The notes beneath the pieces were generated by a model. It made no database searches and was not told the origin of the DNA. It worked only from the letters and a program-made list of their open reading frames with translations. Of a stretch of 60,258 nucleotides of DNA, positions 18,735-27,125 are shown in pieces. The DNA lies in IMG/VR virus record IMGVR_UViG_3300046002_006203, positions 1 through 60,258 of that record. One strand, written 5' to 3'. This stretch comes from a virus. Taxonomy: Duplodnaviria; Caudoviricetes. Within the stretch, counting starts at the first letter, position 1; each line of letters opens with the position of its first letter. Position numbers and translations under genes: made by a program.

Positions 18735-18877
18735 ACTGCCACCCCGTCAACGATGCGGTCAGTCTCGGTCGCTAGCTTGCGAAGATCGGCGGCGCGCGGG
18801 TCTTTGGCCTTCGATGCGGCGCGGGCGGCGGAATAGGCGGCCTCGTTCAGTGCGTGCAGGGCATCTTGCAGGGTCAC
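18731..18877 (-). CDS. 48-aa hypothetical protein (not in the ORF track)
   Basis: GGAGG RBS, GTG start, 4-nt overlaps; MTLQDALHALNEAAY... Confidence 0.55.
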   Translation of the reverse strand: MTLQDALHALNEAAYSAARAASKAKDPRAADLRKLATETDRIVDGVAV

Positions 18878-19194
18878 AGCACGCCCTCCCTGTTGGCCAG
18901 TTCAAGCAGCCGGATCGCGGCGTAGATCGCGTCCATGTCGCCATCCATCAGCGCGCGGCGATGGTGAATCTCGCGCAAGGCCTGCGCGGTGGTCCAAGCC
19001 GAGAATATGGAGGTCAGAACGGGCCGCGTCGCAGCGGCAGGCTGGGCCACGATCTGTGCCAGCACGCCTTGAGCCGCATCGAGGTTGGCCCAGTCCGTGC
19101 CATCGAGCGGCTCGGTGCGGGGTGCATTCCGGTTTGCGACGTGGTTTACGCGCAGCAGGGCGGTTCCGATCATGGTTGCGTTGGCGCTGCTCAC
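18874..19194 (-). CDS. Hypothetical protein
   Basis: GGAG then GTG start with GTGA overlap. Confidence 0.55.
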   Translation of the reverse strand: MSSANATMIGTALLRVNHVANRNAPRTEPLDGTDWANLDAAQGVLAQIVAQPAAATRPVLTSIFSAWTTAQALREIHHRRALMDGDMDAIYAAIRLLELANREGVL

Positions 19195-19310
19195 TTCGGC
19201 GGCTCCAACTCGTAATCGCCCCAGCCCATGTTCATGGCAGCGCGGCGGCATTGGCCCTCGGTGCGATATCGCAGCCAGCGGCCAGTTTTGCAGTCAGTGA
19301 CAACCCACAC
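19191..19310 (-). CDS. 39-aa hypothetical protein (not in the ORF track)
   Basis: GGAG RBS; MWVVTDCKTGRWLRYRTEGQC...; fills the operon gap. Confidence 0.45.
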   Translation of the reverse strand: MWVVTDCKTGRWLRYRTEGQCRRAAMNMGWGDYELEPPK

Positions 19311-19312
19311 GG

Positions 19313-19507
19313 TCAATCTCCCCTAAGCCCCATCCATGCGTAGCCAGTGACCCCATCGGGGCCGCTCACGGATGGATCTGAAATTTCGTGAAGCAGAGGT
19401 TCGCGGTGGATTTGCTCGGCGCGCAGTCGCTTGAACGCCGCAACTTCGGCCTCATGCTTCTGGCGCTCTTCCGCCGCGAACTCTCGGTAGTAATCATCGG
19501 TCGGCAT
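19313..19507 (-). CDS. Hypothetical protein
   Basis: TGATG coupling to the upstream gene. Confidence 0.55.
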   Translation of the reverse strand: MPTDDYYREFAAEERQKHEAEVAAFKRLRAEQIHREPLLHEISDPSVSGPDGVTGYAWMGLRGD

Positions 19508-19743
19508 CACGCACGCCCAGCGTAATGCCCGTGGCGGCTGATCCGATCCCCAATGCGCTCTGCACGCATCGGGTTGCGGTTCGTGGTCAGGATGCGGCCC
19601 AGCATTTCACTCGCCGCATCATCGCTCAGGCCCATCAAGGCCGCCGCGATCTGGTCTTCACGCGCCTTGAGGGCGCGATCGTTATAGGCTTTGGGCGGGT
19701 CATAATCCCGCCCGCGTCCTCCGAGGTCTTGCCGTGTTTGCAT
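19507..19743 (-). CDS. First gene of the PL operon, hypothetical
   Basis: GGAG RBS just downstream of PL. Confidence 0.6.
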   Translation of the reverse strand: MQTRQDLGGRGRDYDPPKAYNDRALKAREDQIAAALMGLSDDAASEMLGRILTTNRNPMRAERIGDRISRHGHYAGRA

Positions 19744-19769
19744 GATCGACTCCATTGGTAATGAGGTTC

Positions 19770-19823
19770 ACCGTAGCGAATAACGCTACTTCACGCAAGC
19801 CACCTTGTAGGGAATATCGCTAC
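19770..19823 (-). promoter_or_regulatory. PL promoter with operators OL1/OL2
   Basis: TTGCGT-N17-TACGGT on the minus strand; 17-bp palindromes GTAGCGAATAACGCTAC (19773-89) and GTAGGGAATATCGCTAC (19807-23). Confidence 0.8.
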
Positions 19824-19839
19824 GAGCGAATCGGGCAAG

Positions 19840-19872
19840 AAAAAAGCCCAGCCAGATCTATCTGGTTGGGCT
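19840..19872 (-). terminator. Intrinsic terminator after cI
   Basis: AGCCCAACCAGA/TCTGGCTGGGCT stem followed by a T-run on the minus strand. Confidence 0.8.
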
Positions 19873-19898
19873 GAATTTCGCGGGATTCTGGATGCAAC

Positions 19899-20549
19899 CT
19901 ATGGCGTTGCTGTGACCACCAGTTCGGCTGGAAGGGCTAGAATGACGCGGGCCGCCCACTTTATCGACCTATCCCACGCCGAGTCGGCGGATGGATTCAG
20001 GGCGATCAAGTGGAACAGATCCGGTTCCGTGCCGCGCTTGACCAGTTTCACCCATCCATTGCCATCTGTGTCCTCCAGCACGCACGGCCTGCCTATATCC
20101 TCTTCCAGAATGCCATCGTGAACAGACCGGCTGAAAAACAGGACATGACCGGGCTGATACATCGGAGCCATAGAGTCGCCTTCAACTTCAACCGCAACCA
20201 TAGATCGCTCAGGGAGAATGTCGGGCGCAATGACGTGATAAAGCCCGTCACCCTTGGTAAACGCGTCAACCAGAGGGACGTAAGCACCGGCCCCAACTCG
20301 CCCAGCTACGGCAATCAGTCTGGGTTGTGCTTCTCGGCCCACACTCGGCATCGGCGTGCCGGTGATTTCGGCAATCGCAAGCGCCTCATCAGCCGATACC
20401 GACCTTTTTCCAAGCACCATCTTGTTGACCTTGGATCGGTCAATCGTCTGGCGCAGGCGCATAGTCAGCGCCTCGGCCAGTGCGGCCTGAGAAAGCCCGC
20501 TCCGCTCAAGGGCGGATGCTACCCATTTAGACATGCCTGCCGGTGTCAT
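19899..20549 (-). CDS. cI: CI-like repressor (HTH plus S24 autopeptidase)
   Basis: N-terminal HTH, VGAG cleavage site, VEGDSMAP (Ser), WVK (Lys); GGAGG RBS. Confidence 0.9.
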   Translation of the reverse strand: MTPAGMSKWVASALERSGLSQAALAEALTMRLRQTIDRSKVNKMVLGKRSVSADEALAIAEITGTPMPSVGREAQPRLIAVAGRVGAGAYVPLVDAFTKGDGLYHVIAPDILPERSMVAVEVEGDSMAPMYQPGHVLFFSRSVHDGILEEDIGRPCVLEDTDGNGWVKLVKRGTEPDLFHLIALNPSADSAWDRSIKWAARVILALPAELVVTATP

Positions 20550-20611
20550 AGACCTGCCTCCTGCGCCGCGACCCCCTGAAAATCCAATAGCCCCAAGCGC
20601 CAGCGGGCGCT

Positions 20612-20664
20612 GTCACGATTATCGCTACAGTCCGCTTGCGTGTCGTAGCGCATTTCGCTACATT
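20612..20664 (+). promoter_or_regulatory. PR promoter with operators OR1/OR2
   Basis: TTGCGT(20636)-N17-TACATT(20659); operators GTCACGATTATCGCTAC (20612-28) and GTAGCGCATTTCGCTAC (20645-61). Confidence 0.8.
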
Positions 20665-20672
20665 GCCTCTTT

Positions 20673-20912
20673 ATGGAACCTGCAAACAAAATACTCACCC
20701 GTCTTGGTGGCCCGACAGCCGTGGCAAAGTTCATCGGCGTGCATCGGGTCACGGTATCAAAATGGCAGTCTTCCCGCGAAAGCGGGGGGACTGGTGGGAT
20801 GATCCCTATGCGCCAGATCCCGCGTCTCATGGATATGGCAAAATCACTCGGCATCGCACTGGACGGGAATGACTTCCTGCCATTCGCAAGCAATGGCGGG
20901 GTGGCACGATGA
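20673..20912 (+). CDS. cro: Cro-like repressor (probably leaderless)
   Basis: LGGPTAVAKFIGVHRVTVSKW..GTGG.IP; divergent from cI; ATG 8 nt after the -10 box, no SD. Confidence 0.85.
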   Translation: MEPANKILTRLGGPTAVAKFIGVHRVTVSKWQSSRESGGTGGMIPMRQIPRLMDMAKSLGIALDGNDFLPFASNGGVAR

Positions 20913-21190
20913 TTGCCACAGGGACATTCCCCGCTATCCGTGAGATAGTGTCATATCGCGCCAGCTTCCCCGACCGATGGAAGGAATTTCTGCGCCAGAA
21001 CTTCCCCAGCGCAGCGCGTGCGGCGAAGTCGTTTGCTGTTGACGACAAGACGGCGCGCGACTGGTGGCATGGGCGCACGGCCCCGTCAGGCTTTGTCGTG
21101 GCTCTTGCCTTCAAGCGGATGCCGACCGAAGCCGCCCGGCTCTTGGGAGGATGGGCCTCCAGACTGATCTGGGGGGCGTCCCATGGATAG
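20909..21190 (+). CDS. HTH protein in the CII position
   Basis: AAKSFAVDDKTARDWWHGRTAPSG. Confidence 0.6.
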   Translation: MIATGTFPAIREIVSYRASFPDRWKEFLRQNFPSAARAAKSFAVDDKTARDWWHGRTAPSGFVVALAFKRMPTEAARLLGGWASRLIWGASHG

Positions 21191-21416
21191 CCCGAAGCAC
21201 AAGCCCGGACAGGGAGCGCAGAAGTTGGCCGCATGGCTGACGCTGCGGGGTGTATCGCGCGCAGACTTCTCTGCCGCCTCTGGCCTGTCCTTGTCCTACA
21301 TCGCGGAAATCCTGCTGGGCCGGAAGAACGCGGGCCGCAACGCCATCGAGAAGATCAGCGCGGCCACTGGCGGAGAGGTGCCGCCGTCTGTCTGGTTTGG
21401 GGGTGGCAATGGATAG
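21183..21416 (+). CDS. XRE-type HTH protein
   Basis: SRADFSAASGLSLSYIAEILLG..KISAATGGEV..W. Confidence 0.75.
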   Translation: MDSPKHKPGQGAQKLAAWLTLRGVSRADFSAASGLSLSYIAEILLGRKNAGRNAIEKISAATGGEVPPSVWFGGGNG

Positions 21417-21768
21417 CCAGAAGCCAGCCCTAGACCGCGACAAGGCTATTGGGTTCATCGAACTCTGGACGCAGGGCGTCTCGGCACAAACGATTGCCAA
21501 GTTTCTCGGTGACGACGCCGCGCCGGTGGAAGAAATCGCGGCACTTCTCGCCCTGCCGCCCCGCACTAAGAAGAAGGGCAAGAAGGTCGCGCCCCCTGCG
21601 CCAGAGCCGGAGTCACCCGAAGCCAAGCAGGCCCGCGAGTTGCAGACATTGCTCCGCACCGAGGGCAAATACGCGGCGCTGGACGAGTGGGCTGCCGCCC
21701 AGACCCCACCTTTGACCCTCATACAAGCAACGCAGCGGTGGCACCGTGCAAGGGCTGGGGGGAGGTAA
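21409..21768 (+). CDS. Hypothetical protein
   Basis: Coupled overlaps; ELWTQGVSAQTIA HTH-like start. Confidence 0.6.
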   Translation: MDSQKPALDRDKAIGFIELWTQGVSAQTIAKFLGDDAAPVEEIAALLALPPRTKKKGKKVAPPAPEPESPEAKQARELQTLLRTEGKYAALDEWAAAQTPPLTLIQATQRWHRARAGGR

Positions 21769-22739
21769 TGCGGAAGCCCACTTCGCAGGACAATTTTGAC
21801 GCCAGATCGGCGCGCACCCGCCAGCCGTTGCCGCTCTGGTCCGGTGCGTTTGACCGTGCGACCCATGAACTTGGGCCGGAAATTATCGGGGCATATCTGC
21901 TGATCCTCATAGCGATGTGGGAGGCAAAGTCATGCGATATCTCTACAGACGAAAGGCTGCTTGCGCGGGTCGCGAGAGTAAGCCCGACGATATGGCGCAG
22001 GAAGCTTGCGCCTATAATCACCCCCATGCTTTCCGAAGAAAACGGCAGGTTTTTCTCCGAAAAACTGAAAGAAAACGCTGGAAAAACCGAAGATTTTTGC
22101 ACCCAACAACATGCGAAAAAGTATGGAAAAATAGCGACTAAGCCTTTGAAAAATAAGGAGCCGGAGCAAACCATGGATGAACCAGAGTTAAACCATGGTT
22201 CATCCTCGGAAAATCCTAAACCTATAACCTATAACCATATAAAGGAGGAGGAAGAGGGCGCGAGTGCGCGCGAATCCTTGTCGATTTTCGAAGAGGTGAT
22301 GCTGGCAGTCGGGATCGACCCTGCCACCCCGCCGAAGTTTTGGCGCGGCGCTCCGGCGAAAACCCACGTCCTCGGATGGCAGCTTGTCCATGACCTGACC
22401 GACGACGAATTGGTCGAGGCGGCCCGCCTGTCACGATCCGACCACCCAGAGCCGCCAGACGGCCCGAAGGCGCTGGATCGCTACGTTGCGGCCTATGCCA
22501 AGGCCAAGGCCAGCGCCGGTGCTGTGAAAGCCAACCCTGCCAAGCCGGATCGGTATGCGCCGGTCCCAACTAGCCACACTGCAACCGACCGTGGCGCGGT
22601 GATGCACTTCTGGGCCGAAAGCCTGAACGCAGGCCGGTTCGTATCCCCATCGTCCATCAAACCCGACTTGGCCCGCGCCATGATCGAGGCCCAGCTTGTC
22701 ACCCAAGAAACTCTGAAATCGAAAGGAATTGCGTTTTGA
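21768..22739 (+). CDS. Replication initiator (DUF1376/YdaU-like)
   Basis: LPLW...T.EL..E.IGAYLLILIAMW...LARVA; internal AT-rich repeat region; lambda O position. Confidence 0.75.
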   Translation: MRKPTSQDNFDARSARTRQPLPLWSGAFDRATHELGPEIIGAYLLILIAMWEAKSCDISTDERLLARVARVSPTIWRRKLAPIITPMLSEENGRFFSEKLKENAGKTEDFCTQQHAKKYGKIATKPLKNKEPEQTMDEPELNHGSSSENPKPITYNHIKEEEEGASARESLSIFEEVMLAVGIDPATPPKFWRGAPAKTHVLGWQLVHDLTDDELVEAARLSRSDHPEPPDGPKALDRYVAAYAKAKASAGAVKANPAKPDRYAPVPTSHTATDRGAVMHFWAESLNAGRFVSPSSIKPDLARAMIEAQLVTQETLKSKGIAF

Positions 22740-23098
22740 GCAACGAGGGACAGTTCATCATCACATCGGCCAACCCGCGCTTCGAGTCGATCTACGCCGC
22801 CGCGCTGAAAAAGGCAGTCATTCGGGAGCGCAATATCCGTGCATCGCGTGGCGTCGCGCCGCCTGTGGATCGGCCCCGCACGCACCACACTGGCATTGCC
22901 TCCTATGCCCGCATCGCATCCGTCATGTCCGACGAACCAAAGACCGTTTCCGAGATTGCCGCAGCCGCCGAAATGCACGCCGAGACGGCGCGGAAATACC
23001 TGTCGCGCCACCTCGCGGCTGGAACGGTGACGCTTGGCATCCCCCGCTTTGACGGATCACGCGACCTGCTCACATATGTCCGTGGGTGCCAGAAGTGA
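22736..23098 (+). CDS. Winged-helix protein
   Basis: PKTVSEIAAAAEMHAETARKYL. Confidence 0.6.
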   Translation: MSNEGQFIITSANPRFESIYAAALKKAVIRERNIRASRGVAPPVDRPRTHHTGIASYARIASVMSDEPKTVSEIAAAAEMHAETARKYLSRHLAAGTVTLGIPRFDGSRDLLTYVRGCQK

Positions 23099-23322
23099 CC
23101 GCCGTTGCGCCGCTCAGGGCAGCCGTGTCTCGCGATGGGTCAACCGTCCTGATGGTGCGCGGCCAGTGGCGGCAGTCGATCAAGGCTGCCGATTTGGGCG
23201 GCTGGATCAAGTTTTACACCACCCTGCGCGACCGCGAGAAGGGCCGCTATGCCGGTTTCCATGCCGAGCCGGTGTCGGTCCTCAAGGCGCTTGAGGCGAA
23301 GATCAAGGAGCGCAGCCAGTGA
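23086..23322 (+). CDS. Hypothetical protein
   Basis: Operon-coupled. Confidence 0.55.
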   Translation: MPEVTAVAPLRAAVSRDGSTVLMVRGQWRQSIKAADLGGWIKFYTTLRDREKGRYAGFHAEPVSVLKALEAKIKERSQ

Positions 23323-23537
23323 GGTATGCAAAGCCAACGGACAAGCGCCTTGTGGAAGAACTGCGGGCAATGACGGCCAAGGGTGGCGAGTATCAGCCTG
23401 TCAAGTGCTGGTCGCCGGATGGGCCGTCATACTGGGTTTCGACTGCGGCAAGCGCGCACGACGTAGCTGGTTCTCTCGTCTGCGACGGGATGCCAGAGGC
23501 TGACTATTGGCCTATGGTAGAGGCGCGCAAGCAATGA
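23319..23537 (+). CDS. Hypothetical protein
   Basis: AAGGAG RBS; GTGA overlap. Confidence 0.55.
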   Translation: MRYAKPTDKRLVEELRAMTAKGGEYQPVKCWSPDGPSYWVSTAASAHDVAGSLVCDGMPEADYWPMVEARKQ

Positions 23538-24184
23538 ACGTCCATTCCAACATCATCAAAGACTGGGCCGAGTTGCGGCCATACGGGCGCGGCTTTGACT
23601 TCATCATGGCCGATCCGCCATGGAAGTTCGTCCATAGGTCCAAGAAGGGCGAAACCGCCAAGAGCGCGGACGGACAGTATCAATGCCAGTCGCTTGACTG
23701 GATCAAGTCGCTGCCGGTGGCTGACCTTCTGGTCGGTGAAAACTGCGTCATGTGGCTCTGGGCCACCAACCCCATGCTGCCGCAGGCCTTCGAGGTTCTG
23801 GCCGCATGGGGGTTCACCTTCAAGACCTCCGGCCACTGGTCGAAAAAGACCAAGCACGGCAAGCAGGCCTTCGGCACCGGCTATATCCTGCGCTGCGCCG
23901 GAGAACCGTTCCTGATTGGCACGCGCGGCAAGCCCAAGACCGCCCGCAATGTCCGCTCGGTGATCGAAGGCAAGATCCGCAAGCACAGCCAGAAGCCAGA
24001 AGAGGCGTTCCGCGCCGCCGAGGCAATGATGCCAGCCCGCCTGTATCCGGCTGGCGTGCAGCGGCTGGAACTCTTCTCACGCACCGCCCGCCCCAACTGG
24101 AAGCACTGGGGCGACCAATCAGACTCAATCCCATTGCAGGAGAACGCACATGAGCAGCAAAATTCGCACATTCCGCCAAGATAG
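23534..24184 (+). CDS. MT-A70 family adenine methyltransferase
   Basis: IMADPPW, LWATNP, WGF, HSQKPE, LELFSR, WGDQ. Confidence 0.92.
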   Translation: MNVHSNIIKDWAELRPYGRGFDFIMADPPWKFVHRSKKGETAKSADGQYQCQSLDWIKSLPVADLLVGENCVMWLWATNPMLPQAFEVLAAWGFTFKTSGHWSKKTKHGKQAFGTGYILRCAGEPFLIGTRGKPKTARNVRSVIEGKIRKHSQKPEEAFRAAEAMMPARLYPAGVQRLELFSRTARPNWKHWGDQSDSIPLQENAHEQQNSHIPPR

Positions 24185-24356
24185 ACCGAAGGATTGGCTG
24201 CAAGAACACCCCGAAGAAACATGGCGCTGCGATATTTTCCCGCCTGATGGGTCGGATCACCACGGGATCGGGCCGACCGAAGCGCAGGCCATCATGTCAG
24301 CCGCTTTTGCCTATCTGGGGTGGACTGCTAAACGCCAGAAAGGCGGTGACGCATGA
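24150..24356 (+). CDS. Hypothetical protein
   Basis: AGGAG RBS. Confidence 0.55.
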   Translation: MSSKIRTFRQDRPKDWLQEHPEETWRCDIFPPDGSDHHGIGPTEAQAIMSAAFAYLGWTAKRQKGGDA

Positions 24357-24568
24357 CCACTTATCACGTCTGCGGCGAACACTCGCTTCTCTACAAGCAA
24401 GACGGGATGCGGAACTATGGGGTTCTGGCGAGCAAGCCGCAACTTGGCGGATATGACCCCATGTCTGGCACCTGCACGCCGGATGAAAGCAAACTGCGCC
24501 CCGCGACAACCAAGGACTTCGATCACTTCCGCGTCTGCTGGAATGGTCACATTGGGGGCGAGGCATGA
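24353..24568 (+). CDS. Hypothetical protein
   Basis: ATGA coupling. Confidence 0.55.
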   Translation: MTTYHVCGEHSLLYKQDGMRNYGVLASKPQLGGYDPMSGTCTPDESKLRPATTKDFDHFRVCWNGHIGGEA

Positions 24569-24780
24569 CGGCAATCCCGCACACCTACACCGCGTCGATC
24601 AACCCGCGCTATCATGGCAAGATCACCGTCGAGGACCGCCGCCGCCTGCGCGCTGAGATTGCAGCCCGCAACGTCAACTTCCGCACCATGCACAAGACTA
24701 TCCGCATCGGGCGTTTCATCCGGCTGGAGCGCACCCACGCATGGGGGATTCAAGCCGTGTTCCAGATGGTGCGGGCATGA
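24565..24780 (+). CDS. Hypothetical protein
   Basis: ATGA coupling. Confidence 0.55.
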   Translation: MTAIPHTYTASINPRYHGKITVEDRRRLRAEIAARNVNFRTMHKTIRIGRFIRLERTHAWGIQAVFQMVRA

Positions 24781-25037
24781 GCAAATCCCGCCTCGTCGCC
24801 AAGCTGCGCCAGAACGACGAATACCCCGCTATCAAGAAGTTCTTGAAGCAGGTCGGATTCGATCACGAGGTTCACAACCCCACGGGATCAGGCCACCCGT
24901 TCATCACGATCCGGCTGCCCCACGGCGCAATCCTCAAGCACCACATCAACTGCACCCCGTCAAACGCCGGTGGAAACGTGCGCGCGGCCTTGGCAGGGCT
25001 GCGCCGCGCACTCAGGACCGCAGGCTATGACCTGTAG
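24777..25037 (+). CDS. HicA-like small basic protein
   Basis: LKQVGF....TGSGH....G....TPS...LRR pattern. Confidence 0.45.
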   Translation: MSKSRLVAKLRQNDEYPAIKKFLKQVGFDHEVHNPTGSGHPFITIRLPHGAILKHHINCTPSNAGGNVRAALAGLRRALRTAGYDL

Positions 25038-25041
25038 GTGG

Positions 25042-25365
25042 TCAGTAACAGACCATTTCCCCCGAGTAATCCTCGTAGCAGCTATAGGCATTGCCGTCTG
25101 CGTCGGTGCCAAACATGCCGTTACTCGTGCGGGTTTGCGACCAAGACCGGCCATCGGAGTCAGACCCATAGGTGAAATTGCCGGTCGTGGTCTGGCTCCA
25201 GTTCGATCCAGTTCGCGTGTTGTTGCCGAATGTTGTGCCGCCGTATGTTTGGTAGCTGGTGCCGTCATCGCAAGTCGTGATGCCGCCATAGGTGTAGCAT
25301 TCGGCGCTGGCGGTCCCTGCAATGGAAATAAGCGCAGCGGCAGTCGCAAAAGCAAAGCGTTTCAA
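25042..25365 (-). CDS. Secreted Thr/Gly/Tyr-rich beta-repeat protein (moron)
   Basis: Sec signal ending ASA; repeats G.SW/Y.QT.G..T.G; terminal Cys pairs. Confidence 0.7.
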   Translation of the reverse strand: MKRFAFATAAALISIAGTASAECYTYGGITTCDDGTSYQTYGGTTFGNNTRTGSNWSQTTTGNFTYGSDSDGRSWSQTRTSNGMFGTDADGNAYSCYEDYSGEMVCY

Positions 25366-25386
25366 TTCGTTACCCTTTCGTGGTGG

Positions 25387-25749
25387 TTAATGGCATGGCC
25401 ACTGCTCGGATGCAGCGAAAAACAAGGCATAATGCGCGGGCTGACCGCCCCATTGCGCGCGAAAATCGGGGTCTTCCATTTTCAACCGAAACTGATCCAC
25501 CAGATCAAACCCGTTCTTGTCTCCAAGATCGAGGGCAAGAAACCCCTCCGAATTTCCCTTTCCCTTCCTGTCGAGTCGGCATCTGTCGTTCAGCATTGTT
25601 GCCACGCCAACGGAATAGCCTGCACAGAAGTTTACACCGCCCATGTCCTCGCCGTTGCAGAGGGACTCGAAGAGTTCTGCCGTCAATTCCTCGGCAGACG
25701 CCGTTCCTGTGAGTGCAAGAGCGACGGCCAAGGCGCGGAAAATCATCAT
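25387..25749 (-). CDS. Secreted Rap1a/Tai-like immunity-family protein
   Basis: Signal peptide; LC...FCAGYSVGV...C...A.....WPC Cys pattern. Confidence 0.55.
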   Translation of the reverse strand: MMIFRALAVALALTGTASAEELTAELFESLCNGEDMGGVNFCAGYSVGVATMLNDRCRLDRKGKGNSEGFLALDLGDKNGFDLVDQFRLKMEDPDFRAQWGGQPAHYALFFAASEQWPCH

Positions 25750-25947
25750 TCAGGCAATCCCATTCTCTGCAAGTGCCTCGTCAAGCAGGGCGCGGATAGC
25801 CTCCGGCCTTGTCTGTTCAGGATTTTGAGCAAGGCGGTATTCGTCAACCCGCGCAAGCAGATCGGGTTGAATACGCACGCCAATCAGTTCGCCAAGCCCC
25901 GTAGCTGGCCTGCCACGCTTGCGCTTTTCTGTTATCGTTTTTTCCAT
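25750..25947 (-). CDS. Ribbon-helix-helix regulator
   Basis: KRGRPATG...IGVRIQPDLLARVDEY....TRPEAIRALL. Confidence 0.8.
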   Translation of the reverse strand: MEKTITEKRKRGRPATGLGELIGVRIQPDLLARVDEYRLAQNPEQTRPEAIRALLDEALAENGIA

Positions 25948-26049
25948 TGCTTCCTGCATTATTTTACGATAACGATAAATGCAGGCCAAGGCAAGTGCTG
26001 CAAACACCGCCTCGGCCCTAACCGAAACCCGATCCCAAGGAGATCGCGT

Positions 26050-26325
26050 ATGGCTGACGCCACCCTTACATCCCGTCGCGGGATTTTGAAAATGATTCCC
26101 ACCGTGACTGTGGCCGCATCGGCAGGGGTTTTCCCCTGTTTTGCTGATGCAACCGGCGCTGACTCCGCGCAAATCGCCCAATCCCTGCTGTCCAGCATCG
26201 AGACGCCCGCTGGCGCGTCCCTTCTGGCGGTCACGATCCGCGCCACCGGCGCAATCGAAGCATCCTGCATGTCGCGCGAAGGCGCGCTGCTCCACCGCAA
26301 CCCCGCCACCGGCACTTGGATCTGA
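26050..26325 (+). CDS. Small protein with a twin-arginine-like N-terminus
   Basis: AAGGAG RBS; TSRRGILK plus a hydrophobic stretch. Confidence 0.6.
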   Translation: MADATLTSRRGILKMIPTVTVAASAGVFPCFADATGADSAQIAQSLLSSIETPAGASLLAVTIRATGAIEASCMSREGALLHRNPATGTWI

Positions 26326-26336
26326 GGAGAACGCAC

Positions 26337-27122
26337 ATGGGTAACGAAAAGCATACCGATCTTGACGCAGTTCTGGCCCCCGTTGTCTTTGCCAAGGACG
26401 GTGAAGTGTTTGCCACCAGCCGCGATGTGGCGACGTTTTTCGCCAAAGAACATCGCAGCATCCTTCGGGATATCGACGCTCTGATCGCATCTGAGGCCAG
26501 TTTGGCCCTGCACAGTTTTGTGCAGGGCTACTACACGGTTCCGCAAACTGGCGATCAACGCCACCGCATGTTTGAAATGGACCGCACCGGCTTCACGCTG
26601 TTGGCGATGGGCTTCAACGGCGACAAAGCTCTCCGCTTCAAGATGCGCTACATCAAAGCCTTCGACGCGATGGAGAAAGAACTCCGCGCCCGCCCTGCGG
26701 CCCCGTCCATCGACTTGAACGACCCGTCGCAACTCCGCACCCTTCTTCTGAACTATTCCGAGAAAACGGAACGCTTGGAGAAGCGCGTCGAGGAACTCTT
26801 GCCCTCCGAACAGGCGCTGGATCGCATTGCACAGGCTGACGGTTCTCTTTGCATCACGGATGCGGCCAAGGCGTTGCAGATGCGCCCGACCGACTTGTTC
26901 CGCTATCTGCGCGAGAACGGCTGGATTTACCGGCGCGCAGGAGGATCTGGCGACTTGGGATACCAGTCCAAGACCGTCGCCGGATTGCTCGAACACAAGG
27001 TCACGACTGTTCTGCGCGCTGACGGAAGCGAGAAAGTGACGGAACAGGTCAGAGTCACGGCGCGCGGGTTGGCAAAACTGGCGAAAATCCTGCCGCCTGC
27101 TGTCACTGACCGGATGATCTGA
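26337..27122 (+). CDS. Antirepressor: Rha domain plus KilAC/ANT domain
   Basis: TSRDVA.FF.KEH..ILRDI; GFTLLAMGF.G.KA..FK..YI.AF..ME; ADGSLCITDAAKAL..QVRVTARGL. Confidence 0.88.
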   Translation: MGNEKHTDLDAVLAPVVFAKDGEVFATSRDVATFFAKEHRSILRDIDALIASEASLALHSFVQGYYTVPQTGDQRHRMFEMDRTGFTLLAMGFNGDKALRFKMRYIKAFDAMEKELRARPAAPSIDLNDPSQLRTLLLNYSEKTERLEKRVEELLPSEQALDRIAQADGSLCITDAAKALQMRPTDLFRYLRENGWIYRRAGGSGDLGYQSKTVAGLLEHKVTTVLRADGSEKVTEQVRVTARGLAKLAKILPPAVTDRMI

Positions 27123-27125
27123 CCA

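Noticed and set aside
23534-24184. Restriction-modification system
   Set aside because: No adjacent nuclease; an orphan MT-A70 methylase is common in phages.
24970-26049. 451-aa plus-strand ORF
   Set aside because: The N-terminal part is antisense to three credible genes; only 26050..26325 has an RBS.
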